This document shows positions 10,286-19,184 of a DNA stretch of 64,000 bases, piece after piece. Both the position numbers and the translations under genes were made by a program. The stretch covers positions 1,107,713 to 1,171,712 of the forward strand of contig CP070761.1 of NCBI GenBank assembly GCA_020348985.1. Reading direction: 5' to 3'. The notes beneath the pieces are model-generated. The model saw only the letters and a list, made by a program, of their open reading frames with translations. It was not told the origin of the DNA and searched no databases. The stretch comes from Candidatus Thorarchaeota archaeon (GTDB taxonomy: Archaea > Asgardarchaeota > Thorarchaeia > Thorarchaeales > Thorarchaeaceae). The first letter of the stretch is position 1, and the number at the start of each line of letters is the position of its first letter.

Positions 10286-10404
10286 TGTTATTATGGGCAA
10301 ATCAGTATTTAACCGGGGGAGTTTCGGTTTGGAAATCAACTTCCCAGTTGGAAACTGGGTGATTCACTACTCAGATTCAGATTAGCCTGTTGGTCATTAC
10401 CACA

Positions 10405-11313
10405 TCAAATCACTAGCTCTGAGGAGTCTACATCTCTGACGCCCATCCTACGGGCGATTCTCTGCATGGCTCTTTTCGAGGCACTCCCTATCATCTCGTG
10501 GAAAACAACCATGGGAAGGATGAATGCAATCGTTAGCAGAGGAAGCCCAACGGAACTGATGAAGCCTCTCAAAACAACTTCGTTGAACTGCCACCCAAAA
10601 TTGACAAGCGGCACGTAGAAGTTACTGACGATCGATGTTATTGGTACTGTTATGATAGTGAATCCAGTCAAGAAATTGCTATACCATCGACCTACACCTA
10701 TTGTGTCTGGACATCTTCTGGCCTCGAGTTCACTGGGCTTAATCTTAGTGACGATACCTGCATCGTTTAGTACCCACGTGGGCATGAAGAAGCCAAGAGT
10801 GACTGGAACAACGATGACAGCAGCTACAATGGATGTGAGTGGACCATACCACTGTCGGGCCAGCATTGGGAGAATAGTCAAATCGTCCACTGGTTGATTG
10901 AACAGGTAGTCTGCCACAAGCCCATACACAAGCTGTCCTATTGAAAGGCTAAACAACGCGGGAATAACCGCCCTCTTGATCATGCGCATTGCTCCGAATT
11001 GCACTCCGAGGGGTACTATGCTCTGCTCGTATGTACGGACTCTTGCGATTCTATTCGCGAAAAGGAAGATTGTGGCAATTGGAATGATCAATATAAGGTA
11101 CTCAGCTATGAGGATTGGTACTATGAAGGTCAAGAGCCAAAGAACGTCGTCTTGCATGTCTCCCTCAACATATCTGATCATGTCATATGGATAGTACGAA
11201 CCAAGAGTTGCTGCGAATATTCTCGATATCTGATCGACTATTATTGCTGCAGATGCAAAACCGGCAATTGCAAACGCCATTGGTGGAAGAAATCTCAGGA
11301 ATCGATACTTCAA
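10405..11313 (-). CDS. Hypothetical multi-pass membrane protein
   Basis: 302-aa ORF with about 6 TM segments and a W.L.DAGIV motif. Confidence 0.75.
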   Translation of the reverse strand: MKYRFLRFLPPMAFAIAGFASAAIIVDQISRIFAATLGSYYPYDMIRYVEGDMQDDVLWLLTFIVPILIAEYLILIIPIATIFLFANRIARVRTYEQSIVPLGVQFGAMRMIKRAVIPALFSLSIGQLVYGLVADYLFNQPVDDLTILPMLARQWYGPLTSIVAAVIVVPVTLGFFMPTWVLNDAGIVTKIKPSELEARRCPDTIGVGRWYSNFLTGFTIITVPITSIVSNFYVPLVNFGWQFNEVVLRGFISSVGLPLLTIAFILPMVVFHEMIGSASKRAMQRIARRMGVRDVDSSELVI

Positions 11314-11441
11314 CGCAGTTCAGAGCTTTGGTGGAAAGCCCTGTATCTAAGTGTTGTCGGTGCCCTCTTTTCGCAAAACCATATGCTATTAGAAAGGGTT
11401 TTGTGCAATGAATCAATGGAGATTGGACGGGGTTAATCGCT

Positions 11442-11693
11442 ATGGGAGAGAAGAAGAGAGTCGGTGTGGTAACACGCTATTTTGGGAAGATTAGCGTGGC
11501 TGCGATCATGCTTGAAGACAGCCTTGAAGTTGGTGCGCGAATCAGCATTGAAGGAACAACGACAAACTTCGAGCAGAACGTGGCATCAATGCAGATTGAC
11601 CGGGAGGACATTCAGAAAGGCGAACCGGGCCAAGAGATTGCGATCAAGGTTGCCGACCGCGTAAGAGAGAATGACGTAGTCTATTTGGTATAA
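11442..11693 (+). CDS. Small translation-elongation-factor domain II-like / U32 C-terminal-like beta-barrel protein
   Basis: VG.VT.YF.KISVAAI.L...L.VG..I.IEG.TTNFEQ.V.SMQI......G.EIAIKV..RVREND.VY. Confidence 0.85.
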   Translation: MGEKKRVGVVTRYFGKISVAAIMLEDSLEVGARISIEGTTTNFEQNVASMQIDREDIQKGEPGQEIAIKVADRVRENDVVYLV

Positions 11694-11723
11694 ATTGCTG
11701 TATCATGAGAAGAGTAATTCAGC

Positions 11724-12953
11724 TCATTCATTGGCTTCCTTATCCTTCCTTCTCTTTAGTTTAAGGGCTGTAACTATCCCCTTCTCTTTCATGACCTTCT
11801 TTCTCAGGTCGCCTTCTGTCATTGAGAAGAACTTGGTTCCAAATTGCTTCACACGATCCCAGTCAATTGGAATTCCAAGCCCAGGATCATCAGGAAGCTC
11901 GAGGAATCCGTCCTTTGGAACGATTGGTGATCTGAGTATCCCGTCTCGAAACTCCGGCGTCCAAGATCCGGGCTCGTGGGGATATTCCAGCGGGAGATTC
12001 CGATCTGCAACTGCGGCGACATGCATATTGGTCCACAGTCCAACTCCGTTCGTCCAAGTATGCGGGCTGAATCCCAAGTCTCTCTCTTGTACAGCTGATA
12101 GAGTCTTGAGTGTGTCTTTGAATCCAAAGACAGTAACGTCGGGCTGGTAAATGTCGAGACTTTCGAAGTGTAGGAATATTCTTGCCTCGTTCCAACCGGC
12201 ATTGAGCTCAGCACCTGCCAGTTTGATTGGGCTCACTTTTCTGAGTTCTGCCATCTCCTCGTATGCATGCATGTCAAGTGGCTCCTCTAGCCACCAGAGA
12301 TTCTGATCAGACACTTCTTCGACAAAGGCTTGTGCCCTTTCGAGATCCCAAGCTGGAATGTTGTCAACTATTGTTACTGGCCATCCACTATTGCTGTCGA
12401 CCATCAGCGGAAACTCTGCATCAACAAGGGCCCTCGTTTTCCTTATTGATGAAACATCATCTTCTAACGACTTGGATTTGACCCTGAGCTTAGTTCCCGA
12501 GTAGCCCTCACTCTGTGCCTGCTCGACAATCTTCGCATGTCGTTTGGGTTCGCAGACTGATCCTGTAGACCAGTAGACCGGTAAGGGCTCATCAGAACCG
12601 CCCAGCATCTTCCAAACAGGCACATCCGCGACTTGCGCCTTAATATCAAAGAAGGCTGCCTCCATCCAGAAATTTCTCCACCCCAAATATGATGCCTCTC
12701 TCATTCTCTGATGGGCCAGCTCAGTGTCACAGGGGTCAATCCCAAGAATGTAAGGTGCAAGTAGTCCGCCTAGTCCCTCCCGTTCATCACCAAAAGCAAC
12801 ACCTGCCGCCAGACCCTCACGATCGTCGTCCGTGGTTAGTCTCAATAGCGTGAAACGATTGTGTGTCTGCGGATAACCAGGTATCCATGATGAGTAGAAT
12901 GCCTTCTTCAGAGGAATCGATATGTGATGTAGTTCAACCTTCACTATCTTCAT
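11724..12953 (-). CDS. Mandelate racemase/muconate lactonizing enzyme (enolase superfamily)
   Basis: PVWKMLGG, K.R, MVD.N, WLEEP, GAE, QPD, PH, PGLGI motifs; start at ATG 12953. Confidence 0.9.
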   Translation of the reverse strand: MKIVKVELHHISIPLKKAFYSSWIPGYPQTHNRFTLLRLTTDDDREGLAAGVAFGDEREGLGGLLAPYILGIDPCDTELAHQRMREASYLGWRNFWMEAAFFDIKAQVADVPVWKMLGGSDEPLPVYWSTGSVCEPKRHAKIVEQAQSEGYSGTKLRVKSKSLEDDVSSIRKTRALVDAEFPLMVDSNSGWPVTIVDNIPAWDLERAQAFVEEVSDQNLWWLEEPLDMHAYEEMAELRKVSPIKLAGAELNAGWNEARIFLHFESLDIYQPDVTVFGFKDTLKTLSAVQERDLGFSPHTWTNGVGLWTNMHVAAVADRNLPLEYPHEPGSWTPEFRDGILRSPIVPKDGFLELPDDPGLGIPIDWDRVKQFGTKFFSMTEGDLRKKVMKEKGIVTALKLKRRKDKEANE

Positions 12954-13052
12954 GGCGATTCTCACCAGTCCACGCAAAATGGTGACAAGAGAATAGACTC
13001 ATAGTTCTTTCTGACCATAGGAACTGCAGATTCCGGGTGAAACCTCAAATGC

Positions 13053-13140
13053 GTTCATGAAAACCAGGCGTTCGTGAACATCTTGTTTTGGATGACTACT
13101 GCCAGAAAGGACTAGCGATGCCGCCCGAAGGGGCTATCGC
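13053..13140 (+). promoter_or_regulatory. Two 5' leader hairpins upstream of the small basic protein
   Basis: GTTCATGAA-N9-TTCGTGAAC (13053-13079) and GCGATGCCGCCCGAAGGGGCTATCGC (13115-13140), the latter abutting the AGGT RBS. Confidence 0.45.
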
Positions 13141-13155
13141 AGGTTATGCGAACAT

Positions 13156-13350
13156 TTGCCACACAAGAAAGGCCGCAGAGGCCAGAAGAAGACTAAGGTT
13201 CGCGAGGTTGGCGGTAAGCGCTACCCACACAGAACGGAGAGATGTACTGCTAACATTGCTCCTAACTGCAAGATATGGGTCAATGCAAATACTATGCCAG
13301 TTATTGGTGTCTGCAAACGCTGTTGGCAGGCAAAGAGCTCCAGAAACTGA
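13156..13350 (+). CDS. Small, highly basic four-Cys (Zn-binding) protein, ribosomal-protein-like
   Basis: MPHKKGRRGQKKTKVR...C-x7-C...C-x2-C; AGGT upstream; T-tract terminator downstream. Confidence 0.7.
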   Translation: MPHKKGRRGQKKTKVREVGGKRYPHRTERCTANIAPNCKIWVNANTMPVIGVCKRCWQAKSSRN

Positions 13351-13488
13351 GCGGCTCTGCCCCACCCCTATTTTTTCTATGTGTAGTTTGATTAGAAAGA
13401 CAGCAAGGTATTGCTCGAATCTTACGTTTTAAGCATGCAAGACTGTGTCGTCAACAATTAGTCTGGAGTGTCTTGGAGCTGTTACCGG

Positions 13489-15168
13489 ATGTCAGATGAA
13501 TGTGAATCTCACAATGATTCCACCCATCGTCGAGGTCTTTGGAGGATTGGAATAATTGCAGTGGCCAGCGCATTGTGGATGGCTTATAGATCTGGAGGAA
13601 GACCATCAAGAATCCGCTATCCTTGTCAGCAGGCTGCATTGGCCAACATCCAAGCACTTCAAGTAGCTCTGCTGGCGTCAATTCCGAGTCTGGCAAGCAT
13701 CGCCTCGACAATGCGGAGTCTAAGAACCCCAGCAATCCTGACATTGCTTGTTGTTGGCTCTGCAGTTGTCACTACAGATTCCTTTGCTGTAACCCCAAAT
13801 TACTCATTCACCTCTGAAGATTACGATGTCAGAGTTCCCATCACGATTGCTCCAATAACATCAGCATCACCTGAGTCCGCTTCAGACATTTTCGTAGTGC
13901 AGAATTCTACTAGGGCAGAAGGCAGTACTGACGATGCGGTGTCCACTTTATTCGAGATGATGTCTGGGCAAGATCTTCATTTCTACCAAACGGAATCCAA
14001 TGAAGATGGACTGATTGCATCCGATGACGTTGTCCTTCTGAAGGTAAATGGACAATGGTCTTACAGGGGCGGTACCAACACCGATCTCCTCAGAAGTGTG
14101 ATCAGGATGATTATAGACCATCCTGATGGGTTCACTGGTGAAATTGTGGTCGCTGACAATGGTCAGGGGCTCGGAAGCATGGACAGGTACTACGCCAATT
14201 CATTCTACCGCAATATCTCATTTCAGGAAGCAGTAGACACCTTTGATTCTCACAACATTTCCACTATCCTTTGGGACGACTTCAGAGACATGGAAGTCGA
14301 GGACTTTGACCAAGGAGATTACGCTGCAGGTTACGTTCTAAGTGATGAGTGGAACCCGGAAACAGAAATCTATGTTTCCTATCCAAAGTTCACAACTGCA
14401 TACGGAACCTATGTCAGTTTCATGAAAGGCATATGGGATGACTCGACAGGATTTAATCACGACAGACTAAAGGTAATCAACATGCCAGTGTTGAAGACGC
14501 ACTTTAGATATGGAGTGACCGGGTGTGTGAAACACTACATGGGAGTGCCCAAAGGGGAAATCTTGGAGGGGACTACTCCTCACGAGCACTTCTCAATAGC
14601 TCTTGGTGGCATGGCGACCCTCATGGTTGAGACTCGCGCGCCAGTCTTGAACATCCTTGACGCGATCTGGGTCAACGCACGGCCCACGGAAAGCTCTACC
14701 AACGCAGGACCGTCCACATCATACGGCACAGCAAGCTGGACCGACATAATCACGGCGAGTACTGATCCAGTGGGGCTTGACTATTGGGCCTCAAAGAACA
14801 TTCTGATACCAACGGCTCAGCATCTCGACTATACAGTCTACAACTCCATTGATCCAGACTATGAACCTACCAGTACTGGAATCATGGACGAGTCATTCCA
14901 CAACTATCTAGAGAGGTCTATGTTGATCCTCAGAAACGCTGGATTTCAGGTCACCATGAATCAATCTGAAATGAACGTGTTTGTGGAGGCTTTGGCAGAC
15001 GTCTTCATTCCTACTACAACGACAACTACCACAACTGCGACAGACACAACTACAACAACAACTGATGACTTCCCACAACCTCTGGTGACCACAGTAGTGA
15101 TTTCAGTAGCAGCTGTTGCAGTTTTGATCTTCATGGGGCTTGTGAGAAGAAAGTCAGATGCTCCTTAG
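13489..15168 (+). CDS. DUF362 domain protein, membrane anchored
   Basis: W..RSG.RPSRI.YPCQQAA N-terminal motif, DVVLLKVN, INMPVLKTH..GVTG.VKHYMG, ASTDPV.LD; Thr-rich linker, TM, RRK. Confidence 0.85.
   Translation: MSDECESHNDSTHRRGLWRIGIIAVASALWMAYRSGGRPSRIRYPCQQAALANIQALQVALLASIPSLASIASTMRSLRTPAILTLLVVGSAVVTTDSFAVTPNYSFTSEDYDVRVPITIAPITSASPESASDIFVVQNSTRAEGSTDDAVSTLFEMMSGQDLHFYQTESNEDGLIASDDVVLLKVNGQWSYRGGTNTDLLRSVIRMIIDHPDGFTGEIVVADNGQGLGSMDRYYANSFYRNISFQEAVDTFDSHNISTILWDDFRDMEVEDFDQGDYAAGYVLSDEWNPETEIYVSYPKFTTAYGTYVSFMKGIWDDSTGFNHDRLKVINMPVLKTHFRYGVTGCVKHYMGVPKGEILEGTTPHEHFSIALGGMATLMVETRAPVLNILDAIWVNARPTESSTNAGPSTSYGTASWTDIITASTDPVGLDYWASKNILIPTAQHLDYTVYNSIDPDYEPTSTGIMDESFHNYLERSMLILRNAGFQVTMNQSEMNVFVEALADVFIPTTTTTTTTATDTTTTTTDDFPQPLVTTVVISVAAVAVLIFMGLVRRKSDAP
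15013..15063 (+). repeat. Low-complexity ACN repeat encoding a poly-Thr linker
   Basis: actacaacgacaactaccacaactgcgacagacacaactacaacaacaact. Confidence 0.8.
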
Positions 15169-15213
15169 AGATTCCAGCTAGGTACAATCCACTACAACAA
15201 TATCAGAAATCTC

Positions 15214-15561
15214 CTAGTCTATGTCTTTCCGATCATGTAGCTGGTGGCGAATCCATACCATTGGTGCCCTCAATGCAAGGCGAGGACCTGAGAATCTCAT
15301 AACAGCGCGAATCTGTTGCCGCATGTCGGGCTTATAGCAGTGAACAGGACACTTGCGGCAAGTGGGCTTTTCTTCACCATAACGACACCTCGAAAGACGT
15401 GCATGTGAATAGTCCAGCAGCTCAGCACATTCATCACAAATGTTTGAAACAGAATCATGCTTCTTTTCACAGTAGAATCGTATCATATTCTCTACTGTGT
15501 TCTTCTCATCCTGAATCTTGGGACCGTCACGATGATACGAGCCATTGGGCATAATGTTCAA
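15214..15561 (-). CDS. YgbA / nitrous oxide-stimulated promoter family Cys-rich protein
   Basis: EK.TV..MI.FYC...H.....C.EC.EL..Y...RL..C.YG..KP.C..CP.HCY..MR..IR.VMRFSGPR. Confidence 0.9.
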   Translation of the reverse strand: MNIMPNGSYHRDGPKIQDEKNTVENMIRFYCEKKHDSVSNICDECAELLDYSHARLSRCRYGEEKPTCRKCPVHCYKPDMRQQIRAVMRFSGPRLALRAPMVWIRHQLHDRKDID

Positions 15562-15669
15562 TCACCGGGCTGATCTGCACTCATGCCTATGTCTATGTAA
15601 TAGTATCTGAAACGGCACAGAAAGAATTGTGCCCCATTCCAGCGCCCCGCAATTCCATTCTAGAACATG

Positions 15670-15900
15670 CTATTTCGGTCGTCCACGCAATAGGCCTGAG
15701 ACATCGTTCTCAGTGATCTCGTGTATGTCAACAAAAAGAGACAGCTTGTTAGCCTTCGCCCAGGTTTCTGCAAGGTGTTTGGCGCGGGCTATTTGCAGTA
15801 CCTCTCCTGTTGTCTTGCTCCATACCCCCCACATCCTAAGGAATCTCATGGAAACCTTGTCACGTTCTTCGGTAAATACCCAGTCGGACCCATCACTCAT
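15670..15900 (-). CDS. Small hypothetical protein
   Basis: 76-aa ORF with protein-like composition filling the gap; no motif recognised. Confidence 0.45.
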   Translation of the reverse strand: MSDGSDWVFTEERDKVSMRFLRMWGVWSKTTGEVLQIARAKHLAETWAKANKLSLFVDIHEITENDVSGLLRGRPK

Positions 15901-16045
15901 TGTGAAACCGCGCTGGCACGAATCTATCTTTCTGTCATGAGAGATTTCGGCTGATAATAGTTATGCACGAACTAGTGGAAGACTTCCACAAGACAATGCT
16001 TAAGATGACCGTGAATTGCGCCACACTACTCCGAGTTGAGTAAGG

Positions 16046-16345
16046 TTGTCTTGGTGCGTCATGGTCAAGGGCCCGTGTAGGGGTAAATCATGTGATTTCT
16101 GGGCTCGAGTCAAGATCAGAAAAGTCCCAGTCTTTGAAATGGTTGAAGAAATCAGAAAGTCCTTGGTCAGCGAATCGAATGAGTGTTACCAAACACAAGA
16201 GGAGGCAATCCGCGGATTCTGGCGGTCATTGGGAATTCGTGACATGGATAGACTCAGCCGAGAAGCACCAGAGCTTTATGAGAAGATAAGGAGAGTTGAA
16301 GGTATTCTCCTTAACGAAGACGACTCCTCAACTGACCTAGAGTAG
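16046..16345 (+). CDS. Hypothetical protein with N-terminal Cys cluster
   Basis: WC.M.KGPC.G..CDFW, then a helical region. Confidence 0.6.
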   Translation: MSWCVMVKGPCRGKSCDFWARVKIRKVPVFEMVEEIRKSLVSESNECYQTQEEAIRGFWRSLGIRDMDRLSREAPELYEKIRRVEGILLNEDDSSTDLE

Positions 16346-16368
16346 ATACGCGTTCTATTCAAAGAAGC

Positions 16369-18009
16369 CTAGGAAGGTGCTCCTATCATATTGTCTCGAT
16401 TCAGAAGCCACTTCGAATCAAGCACACCCTTGACCTTCTGCATCTCAGCAATTCCGTCAGTCCCATAAAGAACCTCCAGGAATGCACGTTTCAGCTTCCC
16501 GATTCCATGTTCTGCCGCCACAGTGCCACCCATTTCAACAGCCTTCTTCGCAAACAACATGTAATTCTCCATACCTTGATCAACTTCCGCGGGATTGCGA
16601 GGTATCATGTTGACGTGAAGATGGTTGTCTCCAATGTGTCCCCAGACGACAGTCTCCATGTCTTGTGCCGTGAGAACCTCACGATAGAAGTGAACATAGT
16701 CTCGAAGTGCGTCATCAGGGACTGCCATATCGGTACCAATCTTATGGATTTCAGGATACTGTGCCTTTCGCATGGCTATTGTTGCATTCACCGTCTCCGG
16801 AACGAAATGGCGAACGGTCTTCATTTTCTGAAGCTCGGCTCTGTCTAGACCAGCCCAACTCGACTCTGATGATGAACCATGTTTGTTCAATATCACTTCA
16901 AGACCCATCACCTTGTCCTCCATATCCTCATCCGTGTAAATAAATTCGAAGAAGATGATGGCCTGAGTTTCGTCAGTGAGCGCGGGCACTTTGATTCCTG
17001 ATGTGCTTGCCTTCTCCCTAATCATCCGTATTGCGTTTGGCCCAAAGTACTCGAGAAATTCCATTTCGACTGGCGTATCGTCAGCTCTAATGTCGTAGAC
17101 GAAGTTGATGGCATCATCCTCACTGGGGAAGAAAGCCATAACAGTCATAATATTCTCAGGTAGGGCCATCAGGCCGAGTTCTACCAGAGTAATGACGCCA
17201 AGTATCCCCTCAGAACCAACGAACAAGTCAATGAGATCCATATCGGATTTTGCGTATAGTCCTGCCGCGTTCTTTGTCTTGGGCATACTATAGGTAGGGA
17301 CCGATATCTCGGATTTGGATCCGTCAGTGTACTTAATCTCGAACTTTCCATTATCTGTCTTGACCTTACCTCTTACGATGTCCAAGACTTCTCCGTTCAT
17401 CAATACCACTCTGATTCGACGGACCCAGTCTCGCACTGCACCATACCTAAATGTCCGAGCACCGGATGCATTGCATGCAACTATGCCGCCAAGAAAAGCG
17501 CTCATCTCCGTTGGGTCCACAGGGAAGGTGAAATCCTGAGATTCCGATAAGAACCTCTCTAGTGCTGCTTTCTGTTCTTCACTTCCCTGGTCCGTTATGC
17601 CTTGCAAGTCCTTTGCCATGATCACGTTGACGAATTCTTCCAACAGCATCCCTGGCTCTCCTGCTGCAGAATAGAGACCGTCTCCCTCTGAGTATTCAAG
17701 ATAGAGAAGCTTGTTCATTCTCTCCAGATTCAAGGTGATTCCGCCAAGTGGGACTGCTGCACCTGTAAGTCCCGTGCGACCTCCCTGAATGGTAACTGGA
17801 GTGTCATTCTCATTGGCCTCACGAAGAATGGCGGCCACTTCATCTTCTGTTGTGGGAAAGAAGATCTTCTCTGTTTTGCCATCGTAGGAATGACTCTCAT
17901 CATCTAGATAGAGCGCATAAACGTCCGTGATCTCGTCTTGGTTAGTCACTGCTTTCACCTGGGACAGGTCTGCTTCACCAGGTGCTTGTGCCGCGATCTT
18001 GTTTGTCAT
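16369..18009 (-). CDS. FAD-binding oxidoreductase (GlcD / D-lactate dehydrogenase family)
   Basis: GGRTGLTG, GG..ACNASG, GSEGILG.IT, GHIGDNHLH.N, AEHGIGK motifs. Confidence 0.92.
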   Translation of the reverse strand: MTNKIAAQAPGEADLSQVKAVTNQDEITDVYALYLDDESHSYDGKTEKIFFPTTEDEVAAILREANENDTPVTIQGGRTGLTGAAVPLGGITLNLERMNKLLYLEYSEGDGLYSAAGEPGMLLEEFVNVIMAKDLQGITDQGSEEQKAALERFLSESQDFTFPVDPTEMSAFLGGIVACNASGARTFRYGAVRDWVRRIRVVLMNGEVLDIVRGKVKTDNGKFEIKYTDGSKSEISVPTYSMPKTKNAAGLYAKSDMDLIDLFVGSEGILGVITLVELGLMALPENIMTVMAFFPSEDDAINFVYDIRADDTPVEMEFLEYFGPNAIRMIREKASTSGIKVPALTDETQAIIFFEFIYTDEDMEDKVMGLEVILNKHGSSSESSWAGLDRAELQKMKTVRHFVPETVNATIAMRKAQYPEIHKIGTDMAVPDDALRDYVHFYREVLTAQDMETVVWGHIGDNHLHVNMIPRNPAEVDQGMENYMLFAKKAVEMGGTVAAEHGIGKLKRAFLEVLYGTDGIAEMQKVKGVLDSKWLLNRDNMIGAPS

Positions 18010-18159
18010 AGACTGTACACCCTTTCTGAACGGTCTGTCCTCAATCTGACCTAAATATCAATCATTGGTTTTGTCACAAGTTCTGTTAGCGAGCCCATAC
18101 ACGAAACCTTCATTGCATTAGGAGAGATTCCTTTTGCTACATTAGATGAGGTAAACTGA

Positions 18160-19059
18160 ATGAGGATTGCCGCGGTCTCAGACATCCACGTTCGGCCGGA
18201 TGGAAGCGATGAGGATCTAATCTCTGGAATCCACGACCGTGCTGTAGAACTCTCCCCAGATGTCTTCGTGATAGCAGGTGACATAAGCGACATGCTGAGC
18301 ACGCTTTCTGAGACTCTCTCGAAACTCAGAATTCCCTCTATTCCAAACCTGTTTGTTCCAGGTAATCATGATGTTTGGTTTGAAGAGGACCAAGGCATTG
18401 GTTCGCTAGACAAGTACTCCAAAGGAATTGGGGAAACATGCAAGGAGAATGGGTTTGTATACCTTCCCGACGAGCCGCATCTATCCGGGAATTTGGCCTT
18501 TGTTGGCTCATTGGGATGGAGCGACTATTCATTCAGAAGAGAAGAGTTGAGTATTCCTGAGGAAGCCTATGAGCAAAAGCAATTCCGCGGTGCAGTATGG
18601 AACGACTTCTTCAACATAGATTGGACTTGGTCTGACAAAGAAGCCGCTGCTCTCTTCAACCAAAAGCTCGAATATGATCTTGGTGCACTAACCGATGATG
18701 TGCGCCACGTCGTTTACGTTTCTCATCATTTGCCTTTCAAGGAGCTGACGCTCTACAAGGATAAACTTCCGTGGGATTTCTTCTCGGCCTACATGGGTTC
18801 TGTCGAAACAGGACGAATCTTGAAGGATGACGGACGAGTGATTCTGACAATATCAGGTCATAGCCACATCAGAAACGTGGTCTCGATAGAAGGGATTACT
18901 GCTATCACTGTGCCCATAGGCTATGGTCGACCCCCCGACAAAGACATGTCAGAATTGGCAGACAAATCTGTTGCAGGAATTGAGATCAACAGCGGCAGTG
19001 TCAAGCTCACAGAATTCGTAGAAGGTGACATATGCGCTGACATGCCATATGTCTTCTAG
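18160..19059 (+). CDS. Calcineurin-like metallophosphoesterase
   Basis: SDIH, AGD, GNHD, HH.P, GHSH motifs. Confidence 0.92.
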   Translation: MRIAAVSDIHVRPDGSDEDLISGIHDRAVELSPDVFVIAGDISDMLSTLSETLSKLRIPSIPNLFVPGNHDVWFEEDQGIGSLDKYSKGIGETCKENGFVYLPDEPHLSGNLAFVGSLGWSDYSFRREELSIPEEAYEQKQFRGAVWNDFFNIDWTWSDKEAAALFNQKLEYDLGALTDDVRHVVYVSHHLPFKELTLYKDKLPWDFFSAYMGSVETGRILKDDGRVILTISGHSHIRNVVSIEGITAITVPIGYGRPPDKDMSELADKSVAGIEINSGSVKLTEFVEGDICADMPYVF

Positions 19060-19184
19060 ATTGGGCTGTTTGATGACGACACATTAAAGAGTTGGGTCCA
19101 TCATCTGTCCATCGCTACTGTTTGCGATTGAAATCTGAGAAACATGGAAGGGCATGATTGTGTCGCTCAGGTGAAGAATGGAAT

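Noticed and set aside
9950-10290. RNase P, SRP, tmRNA or group II intron identity for the structured region
   Set aside because: No GAGGAAAGUCC/ACAGAA core, no CAGG-GGAA-AGCAG helix 8, no T-loop or CCA end, and no proper domain V; only superficial fragments match.
9949-10385. ORFs 9949-10140 (-) and 10131-10385 (+)
   Set aside because: Unnatural composition with no motifs; they overlap dense RNA-like secondary structure.
19070-19139. C/D box sRNA (TTGATGA ... CTGA)
   Set aside because: No clear internal D'/C' boxes or terminal stem; the region is better explained as the permease promoter.
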